A stretch of DNA of 59,269 bases, the filler included, from Squatina squatina (taxonomy: Eukaryota), in NCBI GenBank assembly GCA_031763465.1. It is 4 parts of 4 records of this genome, joined end to end, with 100 filler letters (N's around TTAATTAATTAA, not from the genome) between each part and the next. Parts side by side here need not be neighbours in the genome. Positions count along the whole stretch, not along the records: positions 15,780 to 30,525 come from JARFOE010000234.1; positions 30,626 to 44,772 come from JARFOE010000013.1; 2 more parts are not named here. The stretch is one strand, 5' to 3'. Each line of letters starts with the position of its first letter. Within the stretch, counting starts at the first letter, position 1. A program made the translations under genes and the position numbers. The notes beneath the pieces are model-generated. The model searched no databases. It saw nothing but the letters and a program-made list of their open reading frames with translations, and had not been told where the DNA came from. This document shows, one piece after another, positions 24,308-37,866 of the stretch.

Positions 24308-27300
24308 GTTAGGGTGCATTGTAAGATGACATATCAAAACCCTGCCGAAATTTGGAAACACCATAACAAACTTGCAGACACTGCAAATTTCTTTCTCTTG
24401 TAGTTGTCGCGGCATGCCAGTTTTGAGGCAGCCCTTTACTCTTACAGCCAACTCCATTCAGGCTGCTAATCACTGGAGGATAGCCCTCTGCACCAGCAGG
24501 AATCACTGCTGTCTGCAGAACCTNNNNNNNNNNNNNNNNNNNNNNNNNNNNNNNNNNNNNNNNNNNNNNNNNNNNNNNNNNNNNNNNNNNNNNNNNNNNN
24601 NNNNNNNNNNNNNNNNNNNNNNNCAAGAGTGGATAAAAACAAAAGTGACAGCGAGTTTATGCAGTGTTGAAGCCTTAAAATTTGCCAAGGAATTTATTCC
24701 TTTAGGAAGAATATCAAGCAAAATGCATAATATAGTCTGTGTAATGTCTCACTCCTCCTCAAGGGAGGAAGATATGCAGCTCACTTTGATTTTGTTATCT
24801 CCGAGTTGACTGTTTCCCACTTAGTGAAGGCTTACAAATGTTCCACACTATTTCCCTGACTGTGTATGAGGGAGGCTGGGAGTGCAGATTCGCAAAGTGC
24901 AGATAAAGTATGAATGGCTAATGCAGCTTAAGTTAGAGAAGTTGCTTTCCCTGCTGTTTTTGCAGGGTGAAGCGGGAAGCTGTTTTTCCAAAAGGTGCAG
25001 CTTTCAAATATTCAGCACCATGATGCGAGAGCCACAGTTGTTACCAGATGATAAGTCGAAAAAGATGTGAGGCTCTCTTTATAAGAAACTGGAGAAGCTT
25101 TTCTGAACCTAGATAGACCAGACAGACTTCTCTCATTCCTGGCTTCTTTTAAATGTCCTTCTCACTCCTAATCTACTGTCAACAACAACAATTTGCATTT
25201 ATATGCCACCTTTAATATATTAAAAACATCCCAAGGCACTTTGCAGGAGCTGTTAATGATGTGGATGAGATTTTGTGTGGAGGACTATAACCAAAGCACC
25301 ATAACCCTGTAAATACAGCTGAGTTGAGGAGTCACGCTTGTCAGCTGAAGTTCCTTAGCAAAGGCATGTAATTACTGTAAATCATTTTTATCAGTAGGTC
25401 TCATATCCGGGGGAGATGACGGCTGGTACATTATGTTGATAAATGTCACTTTACAGATAGGAGTGGTATTTAAACTCACTGCATCATTAAAGAGAAATCT
25501 GCAGTTCCTTATGGAAAGGAATGACATTACGATTCAATGATCCTGCTCTCCCAGTGGGAGCCACACTTGAAGGGAATGTGGGTCAGAGAATCAGGGCTGC
25601 AACATCCCTTCAGGGTCTGAATAAACAAGGCAAAACTATGTACAAGCACAGGCCCTGAAACAATGACAAGCAATAAATTAAATTTAATATTGCATGAAAC
25701 TTCATACCCACTCTTGAAATATCCAGATATTAAGCTCTTTTTTAGTCTGTTAGGGAGGACTGCTGCTCTGATCGGCTTTGTCTCTCTGCGATTTGATGTG
25801 GTGTTCGTGGTACATGCTCAGACAATCGAATAATGCCAAGAACATGAAGGGCAAAGCTTAAAAGAGCCATCACAGACTTTGTTACTGCCTTTAACTCCCT
25901 CCGTCATGGGGAATGGTCTACAATCCACTCTTAAAATGAACCAGTAATACTTCTGTCGTGTGATCCAGTATACCTCCAGGTTCCTACGTCAGAAATCCAA
26001 TAGACTGCAGATGTTGGGTCATAACATCAGTCAGTCATTCTCTTTGTCTTACACTCTGTGGCATTACTTTCATCTTCAAACAGTATTGGAAAACCTTCAT
26101 ATTAAACAAATGGACCACACTGTTACATTAACATGAACCATTTTCAGGCAAAACTAGTGCTGTACAGTTGGAGGATATGCGGTTCCATAAAGAAAGAAGC
26201 ATTTTGCCATCTCCTGCTCAATGTATTATTTTGATGGCTGGGTGTGCCCTGGCCTGTCCCTTTAAGGCTATAAGGTCTTATTGCTGCAGAGACACTTCTT
26301 GAGGTCAACGTTTTCTTTTGCTGGGGAAGTTTCTCTGCAGTCAGCAGGAAATCGCCGGTTTTTTTTAATCCATATATTTTTTTAAAAACGTGACAGAATT
26401 TGCCAGGTGTAACAAAGTGTGATCTCACAAATCAAGAAGGTTGCAGATTCAGTTCCCAGTTTGAAAATCTGACAAAGATGGTTTTGAATATTGCAATTAA
26501 TTCTCCGCGATCGTGCCTACCCAAAGTGTGCTGCTCCGAGCATCCTCTAACATTCAGTATCACTGCACCATTAAACTTTTGCCCCCTTCGGTTTAAGAAC
26601 CAATAAAAGTGACTGCCTGTGAGCCCTGGCTCGGCACTAATGCGCATGTGCCTGTGCTGGTGAGGGGATCAGAATTAAACCAGTAGTAACTTTTACATGA
26701 AACTAAGATAGTTACAGCCGGGGAACATTCTGACCTTTGGTACATGAACTGGGCAGAGTGCTGAGAACGTACATACCTGGCTCGTTTACAGAGTAAACAA
26801 TGCAACCCTCTGTGTTCTGCTGATAAGAACAAGTAGCAAAAATGTGCAGGCAGTGGAAGGAAGTGCATCGTGCTCAAACCGCACCGACTCCCGGGAATGG
26901 GGCACGGATGTGCTTCAAGCAGGGCTGAAGTAGCATTCAGTCGCTCATTAATTCCGCAGGGGCCTTGTCTTTTCTGGAAGAATTTTTAGGGGACTCGCAG
27001 CAGAAAACCAAATCTCCTAGACACCTTGCCCCCTCATTCTGACAAAATAGTGCTGATGGTGGCAAAATGAGCCCTTGTAGCAAACTGTCTAAGGCTTTCG
27101 TGATGTTAGAGACCCGTGTCAAATAGGGGTGTTCTGTGATGTACAGGAGCTCCTGGTATGGGACACTGTGCCCTCGTCCCACCGACTGAGCCACACAAAA
27201 CCCTGCCAGACTATGGGCAATGGTTAGAAATGCCAATTATTGATGCCTGATTTACCCCAGTGGTAGAAACAGAGGACATACAATTCAGCAATAGGCGTTG

Positions 27301-27316
27301 TGCAGCTTACACTGAA

Positions 27317-27502
27317 AATAAGAAAATAAAAATTAAGAGCGGAGTAGGCCAAATGGCCCTTCAAGCCTGCTGCGCCATTCAATAAGATCATGACTGATCT
27401 TCAAACTCAACTCCACTTTCCAGCCTGATCCTCATATCCCTTGATTCCCCTAGAGTCCAAAAATCGATCTATCTCAGTCCTGAATATACTTAACAATTCA
27501 GC
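27317..27502 (-). mobile_element. CR1 (HER1-like) LINE 3' end
   Basis: Encodes FRTEIDRFLDSRGIKGY, followed by the GGCC...GGCCTACTCC tail. Confidence 0.85.
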
Positions 27503-28495
27503 NNNNNNNNNNNNNNNNNNNNNNNNNNNNNNNNNNNNNNNNNNNNNNNNNNNNNNNNNNNNNNNNNNNNNNNNNNNNNNNNNNNNNNNNNNNNNNNNNN
27601 NNGCCACTTCTCAGCATAAACTGTAAAGGTGGCAATTTTTCAGCTCCACTACCTGTCAGATGAGCCGATGTTGAAACACTGACTAAAGCAAGTAAGCTAA
27701 CATGCATATCAGCTGTGTTGAGATAAGGCTGTCGCCAGTGGAACCGTTCTGCATTTAGAAACTGCACAGCAAAGCACCAGCTACTTTGATCCCAGTGGAG
27801 ATTCTCTGAATAGTGGGGTCAGTTAATGATATTACTGTCAAAGGCCTGAACAGTTTGACATTCCCTGACTTCAAGCCAGTCACTCTCCCTGCTCATCAAC
27901 ACCCTCTAAAGTTGTCACTGCTGCTGAACGGATGTTCAGCGTCTATTGTCCTGCTTCAGGGATGGTTTTTACCACTTTCATGGAGAAAGAGAGAGAAGAA
28001 ATACAAGTAACATTTAACAAAACTCATCAAATGAATTCCAATTACACGTTGCTTTTTTTATTGCTGTAATAGTTGAACAGATTTAATTGCAATCATGCTA
28101 GCTGCCTCTGTTTCTAGTTTACTACCAACTAGGGTGCAGACTGTCATGGGTGTTTGAACTGCAATGCATCTCATCAAAGCCCAAATAAACTCACCCAAAA
28201 TAATCAAAAAATATATTGCAGCAAACTGTTCTTTAAGTTAGCAAGGTAAAAGTTCTGGCTCACGGTGGTGTGGAATTAGTGGGCAAGGGGAAGAATTTGG
28301 GCTGGAGCCCATTTCCAGCAGGTTCCTATCTTTCCCTGCCAGCCTTCTCTTGAAACCATGGGATATAGTTCCATGGGCAGCAGCCCTACGGTATTNNNNN
28401 NNNNNNNNNNNNNNNNNNNNNNNNNNNNNNNNNNNNNNNNNNNNNNNNNNNNNNNNNNNNNNNNNNNNNNNNNNNNNNNNNNNNNNNNNNNNNNN

Positions 28496-28580
28496 TTTTT
28501 GCCTGATGATGCTCCTGTGAAGTGCCTTGGGATGTTTCACTTTGTTAAAGATATTATATAAATGCAAGATGTTGTTGTTA
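28496..28580 (+). mobile_element. L2 3' tail
   Basis: CTGTGAAGTGCCTTGGGATG..ATAAATGCAAGA(TGT)n. Confidence 0.75.
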
Positions 28581-28937
28581 TTCAGTAACTCTTTTCCATC
28601 ACTTAACAGCCTTCCAGTTTTCACATAGGGACCAAAGATACCAGTGTCAAAAAAATAAGATTTATGGTAAGGAAAGGATACGAAGTTTGATTCACATCTC
28701 TGCTGTTACCCTTCATTCTCCAAAGTCAATAATGTTGCTATGGTAACAGCAGAAGCTGCTCCAAGCCCTTATTGACCCCATACTGCTTCGATTCCATCCC
28801 TGTAGAATGACTTTGCACCCTAAGTACCAGTATATTTTTCTTTTACTTAACTCTCTTCTCATTTTTAAGGTGTCTGCCTTGGTCAAACACTTGTCTGTTC
28901 CTTCCCACTGGAGGTCGCGGCTGATGCAAAGGTCATT

Positions 28938-29230
28938 GGGATACAGTAGTCTAGTGGACTAGCAACCTCGAGGTGGGTGAGTTCAGAATCCTACCATGCT
29001 AAATTGTGAAAATTAATTATGAGTTAGCACCAGAAAATGATCATGAAATCTGTCAGCCTGTTGTAAAAACCCAACTGGTTCACTAATGTCCCTCAGGAAA
29101 AGGAATCTGCCACCGTTGTCCAGGCCTACAAGTCATTCCAGTCCCACACCATGTGGTTGACTCTAAATCCCCTCAGGGCAACTAGGAATAGACAACAACT
29201 AGGCCTTGACAACATCGTGAACAAATTTTA
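28938..29230 (+). mobile_element. tRNA-derived SINE with CR1-group tail
   Basis: A-box-like TAGTCTAGTGG and B-box-like GTTCAGAATCC; 3' AGGGCAACTAGG..GGCCTTG resembles the LINE tail at 9263-9375. Confidence 0.6.
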
Positions 29231-29683
29231 AGAAGGTTTTGCACGGTCAGCATCTATAACAGATTGGGAGTTGAGTTGTTCCCCCATCATTTTGCAAGTT
29301 CAGGGAATGTTACACAGTTCCCTGCAATATCTACCATTCCCTCACCAAGAGTACAAGCAAGTGAACTATTTTGCATATTTTAATAATCGTAAATCCTACG
29401 CTTTCCCATTAGGAAGTCTTTTCAATAAAGCTACCCAACAGAAGTTATTCATTTCAATACCATTTTCATTTATGGTACATTTTTTCAAACATGTTGGCAT
29501 CAATATTAATAATATATTCTCAAAGTTAATAAAAATATTTAATAATAAGGGGTCCTGCAGATTTCCCGGACCTTGGGAGCATTGCATTTGCATCTGAAAT
29601 AATTATCAACTGTGGAGCCATTTAATTTGCCCCACTGGTTTCTTATTATTAAAGTACTTAATGATTTAAACATCTGGTCTGAA

Positions 29684-29685
<2 letters not shown>

Positions 29686-29718
<33 letters not shown>
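29686..29718. repeat. (CA)n microsatellite
   Basis: About 16 perfect units. Confidence 0.97.
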
Positions 29719-29719
<1 letters not shown>

Positions 29720-30247
29720 CAAGCACTCCATTTATCAGTTGATGTGGCAAATATTTTTCAATTACTGGTCCCACACCTTCAGTTTGCAATTGCCCTGGTG
29801 ACAACCTTGAATTCAAGAGACTATGGGGACTTGTTAACATGCCACCCATAAGTGACCTTTTATGTGCAGCATTCTCAGTTTCCAAGCAGGTTCACAAAGC
29901 TGTGTCACTGCAGTAGTCCTGTGAACCACAGTTGCTAACAGAATTGATGTCGGAGAGACGTGTTTAATGACGAAACAATCATCGGTCCCATTTTAAAAAG
30001 GTGGAATGGTTGCTTTTAAAGAAAGTCTCACAAAACAATAGGTGCAGGAAATTTGCTCATGGGATAGATTTTAAAAAATATGTTTCATTGATCAGTTAGT
30101 GAACAGTTTTGTTTCGCATTATAATACTGAAAGTTGTGCCGTTTCAAGACAGATCAACTTATCCATTCTCCTGTACCCTGTAACAGCTTAACCTGCAGCT
30201 GACTCAAATTATCCAGTTTAGGTAGAACCACAAATCTAACTTTAAGA

Positions 30248-30447
30248 GCTTGCATTTAGATAGCGCCTTTCACAACCGTAGGACTCCCAAAGACTTTTTT
30301 ATCCGATGAAGGACTTGGGAAGTGTAGCCGTTGTTGTTGGGAAGCCTGGCAGCCAAATTGGACACAGCAAAGCTCCCACAAACAGCAATAAGAAAATGAC
30401 CAGATAATCTGTTTTAGTGATGTTGGTTGAGGGAGAAATATTGGCCA
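30248..30447 (-). mobile_element. SacSINE1-like SINE 3' half
   Basis: Reverse-complement similarity to 4990-5172; followed by a plus-strand CR1 tail at 30448-30525. Confidence 0.75.
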
Positions 30448-30525
30448 TGAGGGCTATGGGGAAAGAGCATGAGTGGGACTAATTTGATAGCTCTTTCAAA
30501 GAAACGGCGCGGGCACGATGGGTTG

Positions 30526-30625
30526 NNNNNNNNNNNNNNNNNNNNNNNNNNNNNNNNNNNNNNNNNNNNTTAATTAATTAANNNNNNNNNNNNNNNNNNN
30601 NNNNNNNNNNNNNNNNNNNNNNNNN
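30526..30625. other. Artificial scaffold spacer N44-TTAATTAATTAA-N44
   Basis: Linker at 30570-30581. Confidence 0.97.
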
Positions 30626-31794
30626 CTGATGCAACCCCCAAGGAAGTGGCACCGATCTGTTTGCATCGCGTCTCCGCTGTTTCTGTCAGTTTCTGCATTG
30701 TCTTGTGAGGGGCAGAATTTCCTTCAGCTCCTTCCAAGGCAAGTGACATGAGAGGGATGGGAACTCCCTAAGCCAGAACTTCCCACCAGTGAGCTATAGT
30801 TAGGGCCCAGCCTTTCTATGGCATCCAGTGTGCCAAGAGAGATGAAGCATACTGCCTTCCACAAGGGTGCACATGGGCTGCACCTATGGTGTTCAGCCTA
30901 GCAAGGGACAATTTCTTTTTTAACATTGTAGTTTGTGGCTTGGCCTGGTCACTTGGGGGCTGATTGGAGCCATGGCTAGAATCAAGCAGCTGGTTCTGGG
31001 CAACTTCCCCACCACAAATGGGGGCTGCCCTAGATTTCTGGGTACCAAAGAAACACCCCAAATGGCTCTTCCACCCACAGGCTCCATGCAAACGAGGTGC
31101 CCTCTCACTGACCCGAGAAACTCCAGCAGAATCACAGCCCGAAAATTCTCAGGGCCACTGTTGCAAATCCCAGCAAACTAAACATGAAGCACAATTTTAT
31201 TTTATATCTTTTCAAAAGAGGCAGCAAATATATAGTCTTATGATGAAGATTTATTGAGTAAATACTGATGCTGACTGGAGCACGAAAGAAAATGATAATT
31301 GGAATATACTGTAGCTGAAAACTGAATCTGGCTCTAAGTGGAAAAGTAGTGGCACAGAAATACTTTTTGTTCTCCCTTCCTTTCTCTTTCCCTTTTCCAT
31401 TTCCCGCCTACTTTTTTGCTCTTTCTCTGCTGTTTCCTATCCCCTTTTTTCTCTTTCTCTTGCCCTCCTCCTTGCCAAAAGTATCAGAAGGGAGAAATTT
31501 GGAAAGGGACAACTCAAAACTGATTGCACAGTTGCATCAAGCAGTTCACCAATGCCCTCTTTGCTAGACCAACCCAATACATTACATACCAATATCAAGA
31601 ATGAGAGCGCAGAAGTGGTCGGCTTCCCTTGCGTCCAGGGCATACTAGACTGCGCTCATTTACCCATCAGGGTACCAGAAGACGAGCTAGCAGCCTTTGT
31701 CAACTCAGTTAATGTTCAAGTGACGTAATCTCCGCAGAAGGATTTATGGCAGCTCGAGCCTCTGAGGGGATGAATATAGACTATCGTACTTCAA

Positions 31795-32575
31795 TCTAGC
31801 CTTTTGGCTTTCTAGCACTAAGGTTGGTGTTGGTTGAGGGGGAGGCAAGGGAGCAGATGTGATGACATCCTGAGAGAGGGCAACACATGCTGCTGTTGTG
31901 CCACTGCATGAGGCTGGGGTTCAGCACTTTCTCCGATCTGTGGGAGAGCAGATTGCAGGAGATGAGTGATGCCTTCAATGCCCCATCCATGTGTCCACCA
32001 ATCTCTCCAAGGTGGAGCACAGGTTTGAGTCCAGAGCCTGCATGGCAGTCATTTGAGCTTCCATCAAAGCTACACAGGCTGGTAATCATTGACTCCTGTT
32101 GTGAGGGCCTAGTTGCAGCTTCCCTGGAGGTGGCCATACACCAAGGAGACTGCAAAGTGGTGACGCCATGTGAGACGATATTACACAGGTGGGATGCAGA
32201 CTCTTCCATACTGTCACCCATGGTGGTGAAACTCCTCAGCAGGCCTTCCAATACCTGATATACGCTAGCAGTTTTTTTTCTTGTAGCTGGGCCTTTGAGG
32301 TCTTCATCTGTGTTCTCCTCAGCAGGGCTGGGAGAGGATCACTCCCTCCAGCAAGCTGTCTTCTGGGCTGTCGCTGTCATTAGCACCTACTGCTGCTCAC
32401 TAGAGCTGTGGGTGTATTACCGTGTGCAGACACTTCTAACTTACCCAGCGAGAGTGCCAATTTGTGTGCTGGTGCTGGGGAGTGACAAGGTTCGTGACGA
32501 TCCTCAGGATCCTCTGCCCCGGAGGTACTTCTGTGGGTTGCGGCCCTGCAGGAAAGAGAAAAGGGACAAGAGTTA
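31795..32575 (-). mobile_element. Decayed Harbinger Myb/SANT accessory gene, 3' exon (putative)
   Basis: Acceptor TTTCCTGCAG|GGCC parallels CCCACAG|GGCC at ~46055; broken ORF with a low-complexity then coiled-coil-like stretch. Confidence 0.4.
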
Positions 32576-33857
32576 GCATGCCACTGAGAGGCTGGGGATC
32601 ATCAGTGCATTAAAGATACTGAAGGCATCTTATTTGGGGCCTGAATCACTGAAGATACGTCTTGCATATATAATCACATTCTGTGAACTGAGCTTTTCAC
32701 ATTGTAACCGCTGAGGCAGCTAATATAATCAAATTGTTCTTTGCAGACAAGACAAATACTACAAGACTACAGAGGACAGCTAACGTACTTTGCATAATGA
32801 GTGAAACAGGAACAGCTGTTACTAATCAGACTGAATCGTCATAGAATTATTTATACAACTATTGCGAAATACTTTTTACAAGACTGGGGTGCATCAGTAT
32901 ATACATTAAAAGATATATTAATGTACTGAGTAAGAGATCTAGAAATAAAATAGTTTACGGAGTTTAAATGTAGTGCGTGCTGCTTTAATGACAGAAGTTT
33001 AAGAAAATCTTCTGTATCAAACTACATAATTTCCCTTTAAAAATTGTTCTCCATGATGAAGGACTGAATGATTGACCAATTTTACATATATACTTTGCAT
33101 CACAGACATTGGTCCAAGGTACAAGTGTAATATTAGAGTGACTAGAATTTAAAGGCATTTTTATTGTTTTGAAATATGGACTGTGTGCTTGTTTTTGTAT
33201 CCTAATGAAATATATTGAGTTTGCTCTTCTAACTTTATTTCTTAATAAACCTAAACCTGATTCATACTTTGTAGCATGAGATACACAGTCTGTCAGTTAT
33301 TTGTTTGTCAGTCAGAGACTAGGAGAGTTTGAGGCATCTCCGACTGTTTCGAGTGAGAACACTGCATTGTCCAATACATTGCACATTGCACGTTAAGGCC
33401 TCATTTCAGTTCTGAGAAGGTATGAGCTTTTTGTGTTGGGTAAGAGAAAAAGGGGCTGGAAGTACTAGGCTTGCTGGCACACCCCTCCTGTAATTCTAAC
33501 TTTGGCAGGATAGTGGAACAAGTCCCAGGCAGGCGTCATACCAGCATTGCAGGGATTGCAAGCCTATGCATTTTCAGTGCTCAAGTAACTGGCAACGCTC
33601 CCTTCCTTCAAAAATAAATTCAATTTACTATTTAATCTATGAAAATTGGTAGCAGTACAATAACTTATTCCAAAGTAGCTTCTCTTACTGAAAAATGTTT
33701 GCAAAAAAAAAAATGTTTTTTTTTTAAGCTTTATTTGAAGGTTAATACACGAAGGATACTTAATTAGCACAATTGTAAAACTAATGAAAGAGAAACATCG
33801 ATGCACTTACTGGCCTCTTTCCTGTTTTGTCCTGACATCAGTAGCACTTAAAGAAAC

Positions 33858-34058
33858 AATTGCATTTATATAGCACCTTTCATGACCAAAGCGCTTTACA
33901 GCCAATGAAGTACCTTTGAAGTGTAGCCACTGTTGCAGTGTGGGAAGCATGGCAGCCAATTTGCGCACAGCAAGCTCCCACAACAGCAACAAGCTTATGG
34001 CCAGATAATTTGTTTTTTTAGTGATATTGAATGAGGGATAAATATTGGCCAGAGCACC
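33858..34058 (-). mobile_element. SacSINE1-like SINE 3' half
   Basis: Reverse-complement similarity to 4980-5172. Confidence 0.8.
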
Positions 34059-34339
34059 AACAACAACAACAACTTACATTTGTATAGCGTCTTTAACATA
34101 AGACTCACAGGAGCGATTATCAAACAACATTTGACACCGAGCCACATAGGAGATATTAGGACAGATGACCAAAACCTTGGTGAAATAGGTATGTTTTAAG
34201 GAGGAGAGTGAGGTACAGAGGTGGAGAAGTTTAGGGAGGGAATTTTAGAGCTTTGGGCCCAGGCAACTGAAAGCACGGTCACCAATGGTGGAACGATTAA
34301 AATAGGGGCTGCGCAAAAGGCCAGAATTGGAGGAGCGCA
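34059..34339 (-). mobile_element. L2 LINE 3' end
   Basis: (CAA)n tail; homologous to 16430-16870 but without the MITE. Confidence 0.85.
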
Positions 34340-36051
34340 NNNNNNNNNNNNNNNNNNNNNNNNNNNNNNNNNNNNNNNNNNNNNNNNNNNNNNNNNNNNN
34401 NNNNNNNNNNNNNNNNNNNNNNNNNNNNNNNNNNNNNNNTATTGTACAATTCCATAAATAACTATCTACACATTAAAATATTTGCTTCCCCACATGATCT
34501 GTTTTTAAGATAAAGTAATACTCTACATAAGTACTGATATTGGGAAGCACACCATTTATGTACTCAGATGTTCCCCTCTTGCTACTTGTCCCAGTTCCCT
34601 GCTTTGCAAACTCAAGAACCAAGTGTGATGACTGAAGGTCAAAGCCACAGATGTCCAAATATTATAGCTTCTTCTGGAAAACATTGCATATCTTTAAAAT
34701 GGATCATATGGGAAACTACATTTTCTCACAGGTAGGCTTAACTCCCACCTACACATGGAAAAATATAGTTATGGGAAACTACACCTTTAATATTACATAA
34801 GTGATAATATTAAGAAAATTTTTCAAACTGATTTTTATTCCTTTCCTTTGCATCATATTTTATTACGTTCCACTGCTTCAGCATTATCTTGGATGGATCT
34901 GAAGATAAAGGGACATATGTGTAGATAAGAAAGTTAATGAAAATTAGCAGTTGTATTATATCCACACTTTTGTGACTTAATGTTACCTAAGTTGCAGTGT
35001 ATTGAGTTGCTTTTATACTGAAAGGTTTGAGACTGGTACCTGCTAAGATCACTGCAGATCCAGCAGCTCTAAGTTGTACTGTTGGCTCTGTATCACATTC
35101 TGGTCAGGCAAGTCGACATTATTTGAAATACAAATGTCAATTAAATATTTAAACAAAAATGTTTTTTAAGTTTGACTGCCAACAAGGTGAGGGACTCCTT
35201 GAAGTATTCTCACACTGCTTTCCAAAATGTGATGTGCCACCCATTCAACAACTTCACTCCTCAGATGAACTAAAGTTTTGTGTCAATGCAACATGAAGTT
35301 GCATCGCATTGTGTACGGTCTTCCTTTCTTGCAAGAGGGCATCCTCCACACAGTTCTCTGGAATTCATGTCACATAAAACATGGGGCTGGAAATTGCACT
35401 TCTTTTTTAACCTCCTTAGCGCCTCCGAGGCTGGGGCAGGGTGACGATCTCGCCTCCCGGGAAGGCCCTTTGCGGCGCTTCCCAAGATTAGTGCCCTGGG
35501 TTGGCGCGCCACATCACCAACGTGCACACCGACCCCTCAGCGCCCTGCGCCGACCCCTTTGCGNNNNNNNNNNNNNNNNNNNNNNNNNNNNNNNNNNNNN
35601 NNNNNNNNNNNNNNNNNNNNNNNNNNNNNNNNNNNNNNNNNNNNNNNNNNNNNNNNNNNNNNNCTGGAACTCCCTAATAGCACAATGGAATTGAATTACC
35701 TTCACCACACGGACTGTAGCAGGTCAACAAGGCATCTGACCACCATCTTCTCAAGGAAATTAGGGTTGGGAACATCCACATCCCAGAAACAAATAATTAA
35801 AAAAACAAACAACATGTTATGAAGCACTGTCTACCCTTCATAAAGCCAGCATACTCATTGTTTGTTATAGATATCAGTGTCTTAGACATAACTTTATAGT
35901 CCACATTCAATAAAAAATATTAGGCCGTTTACTGGAAAATGCCAAAAAAAACCTTGGCTTTTCTTCAGATCAGAAATAGTAGCAGCTGATTAGGTTTCTG
36001 GTAACACTGACTCAAACATACCAAATCTTGGAAATAAGTGAAGTAACAAGT

Positions 36052-36540
36052 CACAGAATTACAGAAATTTACAGCACAGAAGGAAGCCATTTGGCCCATC
36101 GAGTCTGTGCCAGCAGAAAAAGCTATCTGGTCCAATTCCACTTTCCAGCTCTTGGTCCGTAGCCTTACAGGTTATGACACTTCAAGTACATGCTCAAGTG
36201 CTTTTTAAATGTAGTGAAGGTTTCTGCCTCCACAGTCTTTCAGGCAGTGAGTTCCAGACCCCCAACCCCCTCTGGGTGAAAACATTTCTCAACTCCCTTC
36301 TAATCCCTTTACCAATTACTTTAAATCTATGTCCCCTGGTTGTTGATCTCTCTGCTAAGGGAAATAAATCCTTCCTATCCCCTCCATACCTGCCCCTCAT
36401 AATTTTATACACTTCAATTAAATCTCCCCTCGGTCTTCTCTGTCCAAAGAAAACAACCCCAGCCTATCCAATCTTTCCTCAGAGCTAAAATTCTCCAGTC
36501 CTGGCAACATCCTTGTAAGTCTCCTTTGTACCCTCTCCTG
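36052..36540 (-). mobile_element. CR1 LINE 3' end
   Basis: YKIMRG..DRKDLFPL..STTRGHRFKV..VFTQRGLGVWNSLPE is the CR1 ORF2 C-terminus, followed by the tail. Confidence 0.92.
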
Positions 36541-37429
36541 CAAGAACTAATTTCCAAATAAGTGCTCCCATCAGACGTGGCTGCACACTGGGAGGCCGCA
36601 ATCGGAAAACTATTCATGTACTGTATATTACCTAACCCTTGTTGATATATTTCCCATTACTTCCTCTTCTCCATACTGTCTTAACAATTGTTGCAGAAAA
36701 ACATTGTGTTCATCTTTTTCAATTTTCTGTATGAGTTTTTCTAACTCTGTCTACAATAGAAAACATAATAAAATATATTACTATGAGTCACAATACACAC
36801 AGAAAGCTTTCCTTCTAAAATAAATCTATTGGTATGAGGATCTAATCTNNNNNNNNNNNNNNNNNNNNNNNNNNNNNNNNNNNNNNNNNNNNNNNNNNNN
36901 NNNNNNNNNNNNNNNNNNNNNNNNNNNNNNNNNNNNNNNNNNNNNNNNCAAGGGCAATTAGAGATGGGCAATAAATCACCCGCATTCCAGGAATGAATAG
37001 AAAAATATCCTTCTACAATTTTTTTTGTAAGAGATCTGTTTAGGCCTAACATAGTCCAACCTTTGTATCAACTGTTCTTGAAAGAAATCAATAAATGTAA
37101 GGAAATGTTACTGTCTTCAACCACATCTTACTTGAATACTAAAAATGGCTCACTTGAAAGGCATGAATTGTTTCAGGTTCCAAAGCCACAAAGGAGGAAG
37201 TGTAATCGCTACAAGCTGCAGATGAAGCCGTGGTATTACGTCGTTCCATTGTAAAATTACATCTGCCACATGTGTAAATATGACAGCCAGAAGCAAAACA
37301 ATTACTAGCCCGTCATGTAGGTACCTAAACAAAATTGAAACTGAAAAATAACATTTTTATAGTTCAAATAGCTTTCAAAAGTTTACGTGTCTTTTTTTAT
37401 TTTTAATTGCTCATTTATTTATTTTCCCT

Positions 37430-37866
37430 TAATTTTCTCCAAAGTTCCTTCCCTCCTGTCCTGAAAGATGCTAACTCTTACTTGTGTGTGGTTGCACAGA
37501 TACACACTGCCCTCTAGTACTTCATTCAAAAGGCCATTCTTCAGGCATCAGCCAAAATAGTGCAGATCACCAGACTATTTGACTGTGGAGAACATCGGTC
37601 AAGTCTAATCCTGTTCTCATTTGATATCCATGCACACAGGATTTTCCGCAGGAGTCACTGAATAGTAATCAGGAACAGGAACCCCAACTGCCTTCCCCCT
37701 TTCAGTTCAGGGGTACTTATGCCAACTGCAGTATCCCACTGCAGCCCTGACTGAGATCAGTTAATAATGGCACGGACTAGGGATCTAATCTGGGATCTTT
37801 TGGTTTGTATGGTTTTGTGCTGCACCTGGCAGTGCTTTTAATAACTAAGCCATTGGGGAAGCTCCC
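37430..37866 (-). mobile_element. Old tRNA-head SINE, same family as 1503-1855
   Basis: Near full-length degraded reverse copy with a reverse A box near 37845-37853. Confidence 0.5.
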
